A program made the position numbers and the translations under genes. A DNA stretch of 58,816 nucleotides, taken from assembly GCA_031370005.1 (NCBI GenBank), contig JANMPT010000112.1, positions 1-58,816 on the forward strand, read 5' to 3'. Below, piece after piece: positions 39,047-49,600 of this stretch (the stretch's first letter is position 1; every line of letters begins with the position of its first letter). The DNA comes from Bdellovibrionales bacterium (GTDB taxonomy: Bacteria > Bdellovibrionota > Bdellovibrionia > Bdellovibrionales > Bdellovibrionaceae). Below the pieces are notes generated by a model. It made no database searches. It was not told the origin of the DNA and saw only the letters and a list, made by a program, of their open reading frames with translations.

Positions 39047-39188
39047 ATTATAAGCTCCTTGTGGTTCTTTGGAATTAGAATGGTTTTATTATTGAATTTT
39101 TATTGCTATAAAATCTAGTCGGGATTCGCTGCGTCTTAAGAGATGCTCGGACATGGACAAAGCTAGGAAAAGTATATCAAATAGCTGA

Positions 39189-40385
39189 ATGAAAGATATA
39201 TTCGGTGATGATGATTCCCAAAATAAAAAAGACGATTTCGGAACGATGCTCGAGCAATCTATCCAGGGTTATACAAAGTCCTATGGCAAAGGTGACAAAG
39301 TAACTGGGGAAGTTGTGACTCTGGGGCGTGATGAAGTCTTTGTGAATATTGATGGCCGCGATGGGATGGTTCCACGTTCGGAATTGTTAGATACAGAAGG
39401 GACTTTGAAAATTCAGGTTGGCGATAAGCTTAGCTTGTATGTGATCAAATCCCAAGAAGGCCTTTTGGTTCTTTCGGCAAAGGCCTCTGGCAAAGCGATG
39501 TCTGAGTCCTTGGAAGACGCCTTTGATTTTGAAACTCCAGTGGACGGTCGGGTTACTGAGGTGGTGAACGGCGGTTTCCGTGTAAATGTCATGGGAAAAA
39601 CTGCTTTTTGTCCATTAAGTCAGATGGATTCAAAGCCTATTACTGATGCTGAAAGTTTTATTGATCGTAAATTCGAATTCATGATTACAAAATTTGAACA
39701 AAAAGGCCGCAACATAGTGGTTTCTCGTCGTCGGATTTTGGATATGGAAAAGCTTGAGAACCAAGGCAGCTTTATGGATACTCATAAAGCCGGTGATGTT
39801 TTAAACGGCCGTGTGTCGCGAATTGAAAACTATGGTGCTTTTGTCGAGCTTGTTCCTGGCATTGATGGTCTAGTGCATATTTCTGAAGTGAGTTGGTCGC
39901 GTTTGACTCATCCATCTGAAGCTTTGGAAGTGGGCCAAGAGGTTTCAGTGAAAATTTTAAAAATAGAAGAAGATGATTCGGGCCGACTGAAGATTTCCTT
40001 GTCTCGTAAACAAGCTGAAGAAGATCCATGGATGACAGCTTACAAAGATTTCCCAGTGGGCAGCGTTCATGCGGGAATTATTCGCAGTAAGGAACGTTTT
40101 GGTTTTTTGATGGAAATCAAACCCGGAATCGTGGGCCTTTTGCCAAAGAGTGCTTTTCGTGAAGTAGTTGATGAACGTGAGATGGAGAAGAAAAATCCAG
40201 GTCAAACGCTGAAGGTTCAAATTCAAGATGTGAATACTCTTGAGAAGAGAATTTCTTTGTCCTTCCCGAAAGATCAAGAAGATACTTCCTGGCAGGGATT
40301 TACAGGCGGCACCGCAAGCGCGGGTAAAGGGCTTGGAACCTTAGCGGATCAATTCAAGACTCTCAGTCTTGGTAAAAAGAAATAG
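39189..40385 (+). CDS. Ribosomal protein S1-like protein (four S1 domains)
   Basis: Repeated S1 motifs such as YGAFVEL..GIDGLVHISEVSW, and a GLGTLAD tail. Confidence 0.88.
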   Translation: MKDIFGDDDSQNKKDDFGTMLEQSIQGYTKSYGKGDKVTGEVVTLGRDEVFVNIDGRDGMVPRSELLDTEGTLKIQVGDKLSLYVIKSQEGLLVLSAKASGKAMSESLEDAFDFETPVDGRVTEVVNGGFRVNVMGKTAFCPLSQMDSKPITDAESFIDRKFEFMITKFEQKGRNIVVSRRRILDMEKLENQGSFMDTHKAGDVLNGRVSRIENYGAFVELVPGIDGLVHISEVSWSRLTHPSEALEVGQEVSVKILKIEEDDSGRLKISLSRKQAEEDPWMTAYKDFPVGSVHAGIIRSKERFGFLMEIKPGIVGLLPKSAFREVVDEREMEKKNPGQTLKVQIQDVNTLEKRISLSFPKDQEDTSWQGFTGGTASAGKGLGTLADQFKTLSLGKKK

Positions 40386-40401
40386 GACTTCGGTGTGCAA
40401 C

Positions 40402-40435
40402 AAAAAAAAGCCGGTGAAAGCACCGGCTTTTTTTT
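40402..40435. terminator. Bidirectional terminator
   Basis: A8-gccggtg-aaag-caccggc-T8. Confidence 0.9.
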
Positions 40436-40454
40436 GTTTATTTTTAGGCTGAGA

Positions 40455-42563
40455 CTATTTTTGTTCAGCCGCTCGTTTTGCTTGATACTTTTTAACCAGC
40501 TCTTCTTGGATATTGCGCGGAGCAGGTTGGTATTTTGCGAATTCCATAGAGAACTCGCCTTTTCCTTTTGTGCCCGAACGAAGATCCGTTGAGTAGCCGA
40601 ACATTTCTGTCAAAGGAACTTCTGCCTCGATAACGCAGTTGCCATCGAAGGAAGTCGTTCCCACGATAACACCACGGCGCTGATTGATCTGACCAACCGC
40701 TGAGCCTTGATATTCGTCTGGAACTACAGTCTCAAGCTTCATGATTGGCTCAAGAACAGTTGGCTTTGCAGCCGGATAAGACTCACGCAGAGCTGCCATA
40801 GCAGCAATTTTGAAGGCCATATAGGAAGAATCCACATCATGGTAAGCTCCATCATTCAACTCAACTTCAACGCCAACGATAGGAAAGCCAATGAGTGGTC
40901 CTTTAACCGTTTGTTCCTTGAAGCCTTCCTCAACAGCGGGGATGAATTCGCGAGGGATGCGACCTCCAACAACACTGTTTGAGAATTTGAATACAGAGCC
41001 ATCTTCTTGTGGCGGCAATGGACGGATAGCCCCTACAATCTTTGCGTACTGGCCTGAACCACCTGTTTGCTTTTTATGTGTATAATCGTAAGCGGCCTCA
41101 ACAGCGATGGTTTCACGGTAAGCGACCTGAGGTTGGCCGACGATAACTTCACAGTTGAATTCACGCTTCATACGCTCGACATAAATTTCCAGATGGAGCT
41201 CTCCCATGCCAGAGATAATTGTCTCATTGGATTCATCATCGCGGTGAACGCGGAAGGTTGGATCTTCCTTGCGGAACTTCTGAAGTGCTTTAGTGAAATT
41301 GTTTGCGCCTTCCTTGTGTTTGGGTGCTACTGCCAAGCTGATAACGGCGTCTGGAACGTGCATGGATTGCATAGAGGCTTCAATTTTATCGTCGCAGAAA
41401 GTATCACCAGAGGCGCAGTCAATACCGAATAAGGCGACGATATCACCAGCGTAAGAAGTATCAATTTCGTCCATTTTGTCAGAGTGCATACGAACCAATC
41501 GTGGAATCTTTACTGATTTTTTATTTGTTTGATTCACGATAAAGTCGCCTTTACTCATCTTACCTTGGTAAACGCGCATATAAGTCAGCTGACCAAATTG
41601 GGTCTCTTGGAGTTTGAAGGCCAAAGCCACAAGTGGTTTTGTATTGTCAGAAAATAATTCGAACTTCTCCTCATTCTTAGTCAAATCTAGAGCGTGCTCT
41701 TTTTTCTCAGCTGGAGAGGGCAAGTAATAAGTCACAGCATCCATCAGGCGCTGGATACCTTTGTTTTTGAAGGCAGATCCACAAAGAACAGGAACTAATT
41801 TCAAACTGATAGTACCCGCGCGGATAGCAGCACGAATCTCTTCTGTTGTTGGGTCTTCTTCCATCAAGAATTTTTCTTCAATTTTTGAATCAATGTCCGC
41901 AAGTTTACCGATCATAATTTGACGGTATTCCTTTGCCTGCTCAACCATGTCCGCAGGAATGTCGGTTACAGTTACGGTTTCACCATTGTCACCTTCATTG
42001 ATATAAGCTTTCATGTCAGTCAGGTCGACATGACCACGGTGTTGATCTTCTAATCCGATTGGAATTTGGATCATCACCGCATTTAATCTTAATTTTTCGA
42101 CTAAAGCATCAGTCACGCGGAATGGGTTCGCGCCTTGACGATCCAATTTATTGACAAAGGCCAGGCGTGGCACGCTATAACGTTTCATCTGACGGTCAAC
42201 GGTGATTGACTGCGACTGAACCCCAGCAACACCACATAATAACAGAATCGCGCCATCAAGAACACGAAGGGAGCGTTCTACTTCCACAGTGAAATCCACG
42301 TGTCCCGGTGTATCGATTAAATTAATAGTATAGTCTTTCCAATGTACCTGAGTCGCCGCAGATTGGATGGTAATGCCTTTTTCGCGCTCAAGATCCATGG
42401 AGTCCATGGTTGCTCCAACGCCATCTTTTCCTTTAACTTCATGGATGGCATGGATTCTACCGCCATAAAACAAAATACGTTCAGATGTCGTGGTTTTTCC
42501 CGAGTCAATGTGTGCCGAGATACCGATATTTCTGACCATATCAATATTCCATTTTTTGGACAT
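40455..42563 (-). CDS. fusA: Elongation factor G
   Basis: [39 protein letters not shown]. Confidence 0.98.
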   Translation of the reverse strand: MSKKWNIDMVRNIGISAHIDSGKTTTSERILFYGGRIHAIHEVKGKDGVGATMDSMDLEREKGITIQSAATQVHWKDYTINLIDTPGHVDFTVEVERSLRVLDGAILLLCGVAGVQSQSITVDRQMKRYSVPRLAFVNKLDRQGANPFRVTDALVEKLRLNAVMIQIPIGLEDQHRGHVDLTDMKAYINEGDNGETVTVTDIPADMVEQAKEYRQIMIGKLADIDSKIEEKFLMEEDPTTEEIRAAIRAGTISLKLVPVLCGSAFKNKGIQRLMDAVTYYLPSPAEKKEHALDLTKNEEKFELFSDNTKPLVALAFKLQETQFGQLTYMRVYQGKMSKGDFIVNQTNKKSVKIPRLVRMHSDKMDEIDTSYAGDIVALFGIDCASGDTFCDDKIEASMQSMHVPDAVISLAVAPKHKEGANNFTKALQKFRKEDPTFRVHRDDESNETIISGMGELHLEIYVERMKREFNCEVIVGQPQVAYRETIAVEAAYDYTHKKQTGGSGQYAKIVGAIRPLPPQEDGSVFKFSNSVVGGRIPREFIPAVEEGFKEQTVKGPLIGFPIVGVEVELNDGAYHDVDSSYMAFKIAAMAALRESYPAAKPTVLEPIMKLETVVPDEYQGSAVGQINQRRGVIVGTTSFDGNCVIEAEVPLTEMFGYSTDLRSGTKGKGEFSMEFAKYQPAPRNIQEELVKKYQAKRAAEQK

Positions 42564-42680
42564 AACAATACCCTTTGTGTGTTAGTGATTGCTTAAAGAG
42601 TCTATCGAGTTAACATTATTTGGGTACCATTGCAAAAGAAGAATGCTCTGATTCCGTGTACAGGCTTTTTTGCGCACTGT

Positions 42681-42706
42681 TTAATTGAATTAATTGAATT
42701 AATTGA
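42681..42706. repeat. 9 bp tandem repeat (TTAATTGAA) x3
   Basis: ttaattgaa ttaattgaa ttaattga in the fusA/recQ divergent region. Confidence 0.85.
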
Positions 42707-42732
42707 GGTCAAGTCATACAAGGATTTATGGA

Positions 42733-44175
42733 ATGGATCTACTACAGCTTTTAACTGAAAATTTTCCCTATAAACACTTTCGAAGTGAACAGGAGAATAT
42801 TCTCAATCGGGTAATGGCTGGTCAGGACACTTTGGCTTTGATGCCAACAGGGATGGGAAAAAGTCTTTGTTTTCAGTTTCCAGCTAAGATTCAAAAAGAA
42901 CTGGTTTTGGTGATTTCACCCCTGATTGCTTTGATGGAAGATCAGGTTCAAAAAGCCCAAAAACTTGGCATTTCGGCTGCTTATTTGAGCTCCACTCTTA
43001 GCCGCGAAGAACGCGAGTCCCGCCAGCGGCATCTTAGCAATGGAGATTATCAGTTGTTTTATGTGACTCCAGAGCGTTTTCGCAAACCGGAGTTCCTACA
43101 GGCAATTAAAAAATGCAAACTTTATTGCCTGGCTATTGACGAAGCTCATTGCATCAGTCAGTGGGGTCATGATTTCCGTCCGGATTACTCTCGGCTAGGT
43201 GAGTTCCGTAAGCTTTTAGGTAGTCCACCTGTTCTTGCGCTGACGGCAACGGCAACTCCGACCGTTCAAAAGGATATCATGAAGAGTCTAGATATGGAGG
43301 AAAGTGGGGAGATCATCTTCGGCGGGTTGGAGCGCCCAAACCTTCAGCTAAACGTACACGCTGTCTATGGTATTGACGAAAAAATTCGCACCATTATTGG
43401 GCTTCGCCATCATATTACAGGTGCAGGGATTATTTATTGCTCTTTGATTCAAACTCTAAAGAAGGTCTCCAGTGATTTGCGTCGCCTTGGCGTGGATCAT
43501 CTTGTTTATCATGGAGACCTTCCAGCCCAAGACCGAAAGCGCAATCTGCGAAGCTTTATTGCTGAGGAAAATCCTCTGATGGTGGCAACGCCGGCCTTTG
43601 GCTTAGGGATTGACAAAGAAAATGTGCGCTTGCTTGTGCATGTTGAAATTCCAGGATCGGTGGAGTCCTACTATCAAGAGGTGGGGCGGGCCGGACGCGA
43701 TGGCTTGCCTTCACAGTGTCATTTGCTCTATGATCCAGATGATGTCTCGATTCAAATGGAGTTTCTGAAATGGTCCCATCCAGAGCCTGAGTTTATCGCT
43801 CAAGTTTATAAATTAATTGATAAAAATCGTGGCCCCTTGGACCAGGGTCGTTTTGATTATTTACGGGAGCAGATGAGCTTTCGAAATCGCCGGGACTTTC
43901 GCGTAGAAAGTGCGGTGAATATTCTTGAGCGTTGGGGTTGCTTGGCAAGGGCAGAAACCCCCTTCCCCTTTGTAAGAGTCCAAGAGCCGACGAAGGAAAT
44001 GTTCGAGGCCGAGAACTCTTCACAGCTTTTAAAAAACCAGAACCAAAAGCTTTATGATATCGTTCGCTACGCTACACGGGATGATGAGTGCCGCCTATTG
44101 CAGGTCTATGAATATTTCGGTTATGAAGGGGCAAGGCAATGTGGCCACTGCGATGTTTGCCAGCCGAAGGTCTAA
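42733..44175 (+). CDS. recQ: RecQ family DNA helicase (short, no HRDC)
   Basis: MPTGMGKSLCFQ, IDEAHCISQWGHDFRPDY, YYQEVGRAGRDG, C-terminal CR...CGHCDVC. Confidence 0.93.
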   Translation: MDLLQLLTENFPYKHFRSEQENILNRVMAGQDTLALMPTGMGKSLCFQFPAKIQKELVLVISPLIALMEDQVQKAQKLGISAAYLSSTLSREERESRQRHLSNGDYQLFYVTPERFRKPEFLQAIKKCKLYCLAIDEAHCISQWGHDFRPDYSRLGEFRKLLGSPPVLALTATATPTVQKDIMKSLDMEESGEIIFGGLERPNLQLNVHAVYGIDEKIRTIIGLRHHITGAGIIYCSLIQTLKKVSSDLRRLGVDHLVYHGDLPAQDRKRNLRSFIAEENPLMVATPAFGLGIDKENVRLLVHVEIPGSVESYYQEVGRAGRDGLPSQCHLLYDPDDVSIQMEFLKWSHPEPEFIAQVYKLIDKNRGPLDQGRFDYLREQMSFRNRRDFRVESAVNILERWGCLARAETPFPFVRVQEPTKEMFEAENSSQLLKNQNQKLYDIVRYATRDDECRLLQVYEYFGYEGARQCGHCDVCQPKV

Positions 44176-44407
44176 AGCCGCATTAGGTCAGCCCCAGCAG
44201 GGGGGGGGACCATGAATATTAGACAATTTGGACTATTTTAAGCCTTTTTTATTTCAAAGCCTTCTTTTTTTGATTTTTGTTCTTCCCATTTTTCGCGGAA
44301 TCAACTACTCATAGGGGCTCAACTTTCAGTCCTTGTAGAGCGTAGCGGGCATAGGGCCCATGTTCCTCTTAAGCGGCTCCCAATTGCCAAATTTTTAGGA
44401 GGCTCAA

Positions 44408-44788
44408 ATGGGTAAAAAAATATATGTAGGAAATCTTTCCTATTCCCTCAACGATCAATCATTGGTTGATGTTTTTTCTGAATTCGGAAATGTCGAATCA
44501 GCACGTATCGTAACTGATCGTGAATCTGGTCGCAGCAAAGGTTTCGCATTCGTAGAAATGTCTAGCGATGATGAAGCTCAGACCGCAATTGCAAAATTGA
44601 ATGGTGTTGAGCTTGAAGGTCGTGCTTTGAACGTGAGCGAAGCAAAACCAATGGCTCCCCGTGAAGGCGGCGGTGGACGCGGCGGCTTCGGTGGCGGCGG
44701 TCGCAGTGGCGGCGGTGGCGGCGGCGGCGGACGCGGTGGCTTCGGCGGCGGCGGTGGACGCGGCGGTGGCGGCGGCGGTCGTTACTAG
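44408..44788 (+). CDS. RRM RNA-binding protein with Gly-rich tail
   Basis: IYVGNL (RNP2), SKGFAFVEM (RNP1), RGG/FGG tail. Confidence 0.96.
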   Translation: MGKKIYVGNLSYSLNDQSLVDVFSEFGNVESARIVTDRESGRSKGFAFVEMSSDDEAQTAIAKLNGVELEGRALNVSEAKPMAPREGGGGRGGFGGGGRSGGGGGGGGRGGFGGGGGRGGGGGGRY

Positions 44789-44816
44789 TATTTAGATTAT
44801 TTATACAGAACTATTT

Positions 44817-44844
44817 GGCCGGTTAAACAACCGGCCTTTTTTTT
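44817..44844 (+). terminator. Rho-independent terminator
   Basis: ggccggtt-aaac-aaccggcc-T8. Confidence 0.88.
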
Positions 44845-44861
44845 GTGGATCATCAAACATA

Positions 44862-45116
44862 TCAGCGTGCAAGTTGCTTTTGATCTAATTGAGTCTTCGC
44901 CGAGTTTAGGCAGGTGTCATAGTTTTTTTCGCCGACGCGATAAGTTTGGCCTTTGGCTGTTGTACAAGTGGTTTGAATGCTTAGTTTTGCACCCGTACCT
45001 TGGTGGGAATTCATAAGGAATTTTCTATAACCATGGAAGTTAAGCTCTTGGGCAAAGGCCATTGTATTAAATAGGCTGCTGAAAACCAAAGCTGTCGATG
45101 TAAATAAAGATCCCAT
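44862..45116 (-). CDS. Small secreted hypothetical protein
   Basis: GGAGG RBS, signal ending AFA, Cys pair. Confidence 0.7.
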   Translation of the reverse strand: MGSLFTSTALVFSSLFNTMAFAQELNFHGYRKFLMNSHQGTGAKLSIQTTCTTAKGQTYRVGEKNYDTCLNSAKTQLDQKQLAR

Positions 45117-45144
45117 AAATTCCTCCACAATTTTTTCAAACTAC

Positions 45145-45178
45145 AAAAAAAGAACCTCGGGGTAATCCCTGAGGTTCT
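45145..45178 (-). terminator. Rho-independent terminator closing the four-gene operon
   Basis: Minus strand agaacctcaggg-atta-ccccgaggttct followed by a T run. Confidence 0.75.
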
Positions 45179-45193
45179 ATGGATTGGAACGGA

Positions 45194-45736
45194 TTAGCGC
45201 GAAAGCTGCAGATACATGTTTCTGATATATAGATCCCCACGGCTGTAAATCACAATGCTATCAGCACCATAACCAATATACATATTTTGGTTAGGAATGA
45301 TGCGGAAGTTATTTGGATATGGGTTTAAGTTGACCGTTGGTGAAATTTGAAAACTATTAACCAGAATATCAATCAGTGCTGAACCATATAAAGAGTTCGC
45401 CGTGAAATCAATCGCTGCCAATCTGTAACCACGATATTGGTTCAAGTTAACATATTGGCTGATATCAATTTGATCATTAAATGACATCCGACGATCTAAA
45501 TAAACTGGAACGCTAATTGTGCCATATCCAGGATTACCTGGGTATGGATTGCCTGGGTAGGGCTCACCAGGATATGGATTCCCGGGATATGGCGCCGGGC
45601 GGCCGGGGCGGCCAGGGTTGCCAGGATATGGTGCTGGGCGACCGGGAGGACCGGGAGGACCGGGCACAATGTATGCTCCGGCAAAGTCCACAGACAAAGT
45701 CATTACTGCTATTAGAGTCAAAAGTATTTTTTTCAT
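45194..45736 (-). CDS. Secreted Pro-rich (PYPGNP repeat) protein with a beta-rich C-terminal domain
   Basis: Signal peptide, GPP/PYPG repeats, then ~110 aa of alternating beta strands. Confidence 0.82.
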   Translation of the reverse strand: MKKILLTLIAVMTLSVDFAGAYIVPGPPGPPGRPAPYPGNPGRPGRPAPYPGNPYPGEPYPGNPYPGNPGYGTISVPVYLDRRMSFNDQIDISQYVNLNQYRGYRLAAIDFTANSLYGSALIDILVNSFQISPTVNLNPYPNNFRIIPNQNMYIGYGADSIVIYSRGDLYIRNMYLQLSR

Positions 45737-45752
45737 GATGATGTTCTCCTTA

Positions 45753-46643
45753 TTACCAGTTGATTTGGTCTACATCATATCCCCAGCTTGCAAGGGATTT
45801 ACGATACATACCTTTGATAAATTTTTGCGCTTCATGCGGCTTTAATCCTAAAGCTGCGGCTGACCTATTTGTCATATCAGCCATACCTGCAGTGTTGCCG
45901 GCTTGCAAATCCTTCACAGCTGCCAAAGCATCAGCGAATTTCACTCCGAATACGGATTTGAATGTTTTGTCCATATCACTTGGAGTTGTTACACCTCGTT
46001 CAGCATAGGCAACAGCAAAAGAATTTAATGCAGAGGCGATTGCCACGGCTTTGTCTTGTTGGAATCCATAATCTTTAACAAGTTTTTTAGAAGCAAGATC
46101 AATTAGCTTTTTATTTGTGTCAGATTTCAAAGCTGCAAAGTTAGAGTCAGAAGCTTTCGAGGACGACTTGTCATTGATTGCTTGGCCGTAGTTATTTTCA
46201 CCTTGGTTGGCATTATAAAGAACACCATTTTTACCAAGCCAGTAAGTGCCACCAGCTATATTTTCCCAGTAAAGGCCCGTTGTGCCAACGCCAATAGTTG
46301 TCCCGCCAACATAACCTGCAAAGCTGCTGGCTTGAGCATAATACTGGAAGTGTCCATATTGGTCATAGACAGCGGCTGTGCCATAAGAATCAAATTTCAC
46401 ATACCATAGGTCGTTAGAGCCTTGGCCTGTTTTGTTATAACTACTGTCTGATGTAACCTGAATGCGTTGGCCGTTTGTTCTAAAGAAAGTACAACCCGGA
46501 GTGGCCTCATAAGTTGCGCAAACATCTCCATATACAGTTTCATATGGATAATAAAGTACAGGAGCGCTCCCCCCTCCACCACCGCACGCGGTAAGGTTGA
46601 GCAACACAATTCCGATCAGCGTTGATTTAATTTTTTTATTCAT
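45753..46643 (-). CDS. Lipoprotein of unknown function
   Basis: Lipobox LTAC, GGGGGS linker, Tyr/Gly-rich N-terminal half, helical C-terminal half; GAGGAGG RBS. Confidence 0.85.
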   Translation of the reverse strand: MNKKIKSTLIGIVLLNLTACGGGGGSAPVLYYPYETVYGDVCATYEATPGCTFFRTNGQRIQVTSDSSYNKTGQGSNDLWYVKFDSYGTAAVYDQYGHFQYYAQASSFAGYVGGTTIGVGTTGLYWENIAGGTYWLGKNGVLYNANQGENNYGQAINDKSSSKASDSNFAALKSDTNKKLIDLASKKLVKDYGFQQDKAVAIASALNSFAVAYAERGVTTPSDMDKTFKSVFGVKFADALAAVKDLQAGNTAGMADMTNRSAAALGLKPHEAQKFIKGMYRKSLASWGYDVDQINW

Positions 46644-46698
46644 GTGGTTTCCTCCTCTGGGGTCTTTTGTTTTGTTAAACCCTATTAATAGTATAAAT

Positions 46699-49600
46699 TT
46701 AATAACTCAATGGAATTCTTAAAATCGTGTTTTTACAGTAATAATCCAAAGCATGACCTATTGTCCCACCAACAAATACGGGTGTTTCCATTGGCTGACA
46801 ACCAACTGAGCTAAACCTGAGCCGCGCCGGTGACACCACTTCAATTACGTTGGAGTCCTCTGCAAAAACTGGGACAAGCATTTTGACACCACGGTTTAGT
46901 CCTGAGCTCTCTGTTGTGAAAATTGCGGGGAGTCGCGTCGTAGGACTCTTTGAGTCTCCGATAGTTAGAGGGAAATAGAGGTTTGTCATTAGCATATCTG
47001 GATAGAAGGTGTAGCGCTCCATGCTGTGTGAGGCTATTTGATGATGATCCAAATCATGATATTGAATCTCACTGTTGGTCAGCACAAAGGCACCCCTTCT
47101 CTCATCGCCGCTAAATGCTGCTCGCACCCACAGTGCTGAATCTGTTTGCGTATTTTGCGCTTGGAGACTGCTGTCGACGACATCCATGTTGGTGTTGTCA
47201 AATATTGTAAGTCTTTGCGAGCGAAGGAGCCCTTCTCCGAACCAGAAATTCCCAGCATAGACGCGATTGTCGGTATTTGTGGAAAACACGCGGTCCACAC
47301 GGGTTTCAAAGATATTGCGATAGTTCTTTGTATCCCCGAAAGTCTGTATCTCGGTGAGGTTTTGAACATTGCCATCAATCACTTCAGCAACGGCGAATTT
47401 ATAAAGGTAAGAGGTTTTGGCTTGTGTACCTTCGTTCTTCGCTAACAGAACTGGAATGGCACCACGTTGAACTTGATCTGCGCGCGGCTCTAGCACATCT
47501 ACGAATTTGTAACCTTGGTATTCACTGAGACTTCTTAGCGTTGATTCGTTCTCAAGGTAGTAGAAGCGAGTTTCATTGGCTTCGTGAAGCTCTGGGTTTT
47601 CCCATCTTTCTTTGAGGCCGATCTTTTTTTGCGGATCTTTACCGCCGCCGACCCAAGCTGGAAATTTTTTGCCATGACTGGTGTGCCAGTAGACTTGGTA
47701 GGGGATCAGGGCCTTATCACTGGTATATTTGAATTTTTTTATTAAACGCAGATCTTGATCAAAAATGAAAAACTGCATATTAGTTTTTGTGGCGTCGTCT
47801 TGGTTCTCATCGAGGTAGCCGAGGACGTACTCGCTCTTACCATCGAGATTCCAGTCAAGACGGGCGGTGATTTGCTCGCGGAGATTGTCTGTATCACCTT
47901 CAAGCTCAATCTCAGTGCCGCCGCGAACTTGATACTGATTGTTTTCTTGGCGCACTAACCACAGTTTGCGAGTGGCAGCGTTCTCAGTATAGGCAATATA
48001 GTCGCGACTTTGAGGCTGAGCATCCAAATTTTCATCAATAGGAATGAAAGACAGGCGGCCTTCGGGAAGGCCATTGATCGGCAGTACTTGAACGCTGGCA
48101 TCTTGCATATTTGGTGAAACGGGAACAGTGACATCCACGTCTATGATAAATCGTCTTTGTGAGCCATTTGGCAATGTGACTTGGCCAATTAGATCCAACT
48201 CGCCTGGCATGCGCGCTGCTGTTTGAAGACGAATCACATAGGTCCTGACTTCATTTTGTGCCCAGGTCGTTGGATACTTCTTTAGCGGGTTGACGGCAAG
48301 TACTGCCGGACGAATGGCCTCTTTGTGGGGTTTTGAAAAATAGAATTGAGTCTGGATTTTTGTAGAGTCAACAGCCTGCCATTTGTTAACAAGGCTGACC
48401 TCGATATCAATATTTGAGCTTTGTCGGTCCCACTGAACTTCGATTTTTTCTTTTGTTGCAGGGATGATCAGAGCTTGAGGCGAGACAGCCAAGGCATTTT
48501 TCACATCCAATTGCCCAGCCAGAAGATATTTTGGGGTTGCCTGAGTATTGATTTCCGGTTTTTGCGATCCATTGGAAATCATGTTCTCAATCAAGTTGAG
48601 GTTTGGTTGAAGAGCACGAGATCCTAGAACTAATCGCGGGAAAATTTCTGAAGTTGGAATGCCACGAGCAAGAAGCTCTGCTACAGCGCCCGCAACAAAG
48701 GGGGTTGCTTGCGATGTCCCAGAGAGGTATTCAAAACCGAGAGTTGAACGGAAGCGAACTGGGCGAATACTTTCAGGGTAAGTACTTAAGATATTAACCC
48801 CAGGAGCGGCAATTTCAACACCACTTCCATAATTAGAAAAGCTCGCCAGGGCACCATCTGGTCCCGTCGCACCCACGCAGATAACTCCTGGGTATGTGCA
48901 GGGGCGAAGAAGCGCTCGGGTTGAGTCATTGCCGGATGCAGCAACAATGATAATGCCGCGATGCTGAGCTTCCATGATAGTGTCACGCATAAGTTGCGAG
49001 TCTTGCCCAGCAGGCCAGCCCATGGAGAAGCTAATGACTTGGGCACCAGAGTGAATCGCATACATCACTCCGCGAGCAACACTGTCTCCTAAAGTATGGG
49101 GAGGATTGCGCTGATCTTCGACTGGAGAGATGTCAATTGAGTAAGGCTTGATAGGTTCTGAAGGTTGTACCCCAAGAACTTGAACTGGTAAGATTTCAAC
49201 ATTATTGCTAATTCCACGGACGCCAATGCCGTTATTGGCGATGGCAGCGATAATCCCTGCAACGTGGGTTCCATGGCCTTGATCATCGGAAAAATCCGGT
49301 CGTCCCATGATGTTAGCGGCATTTTTTCCTCCGAGAAGGCTCCAGCCTTGGCAGTCCAAAGGATAGCCATTGTGATCCTGATCCACTTCAGGATTTTTTA
49401 GATCCATCCATTTCTTTTCACATTCGCTACGGTCTTTGTCTTTGAGACAGGCTAAAAACTTTTCAAGTGCGGCGCACTCTGTCGGGTTGCGGTGAATGAT
49501 ATTTTTTAAGTCTGGATGATCTTTTTGAATTCCAGTATCTAAAACTGCGACTAAGATTTTTTTTGTGGCTTGGATCGCAGTCGGAAGATGAACGTCTTCG

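Noticed and set aside
44200..44208. G9 tract as a phase-variation switch
   Set aside because: Intergenic, just downstream of recQ, and not within an identifiable promoter or CDS.
44665..44780. GGC-rich repeat
   Set aside because: Explained by the Gly-rich tail of the RRM protein.
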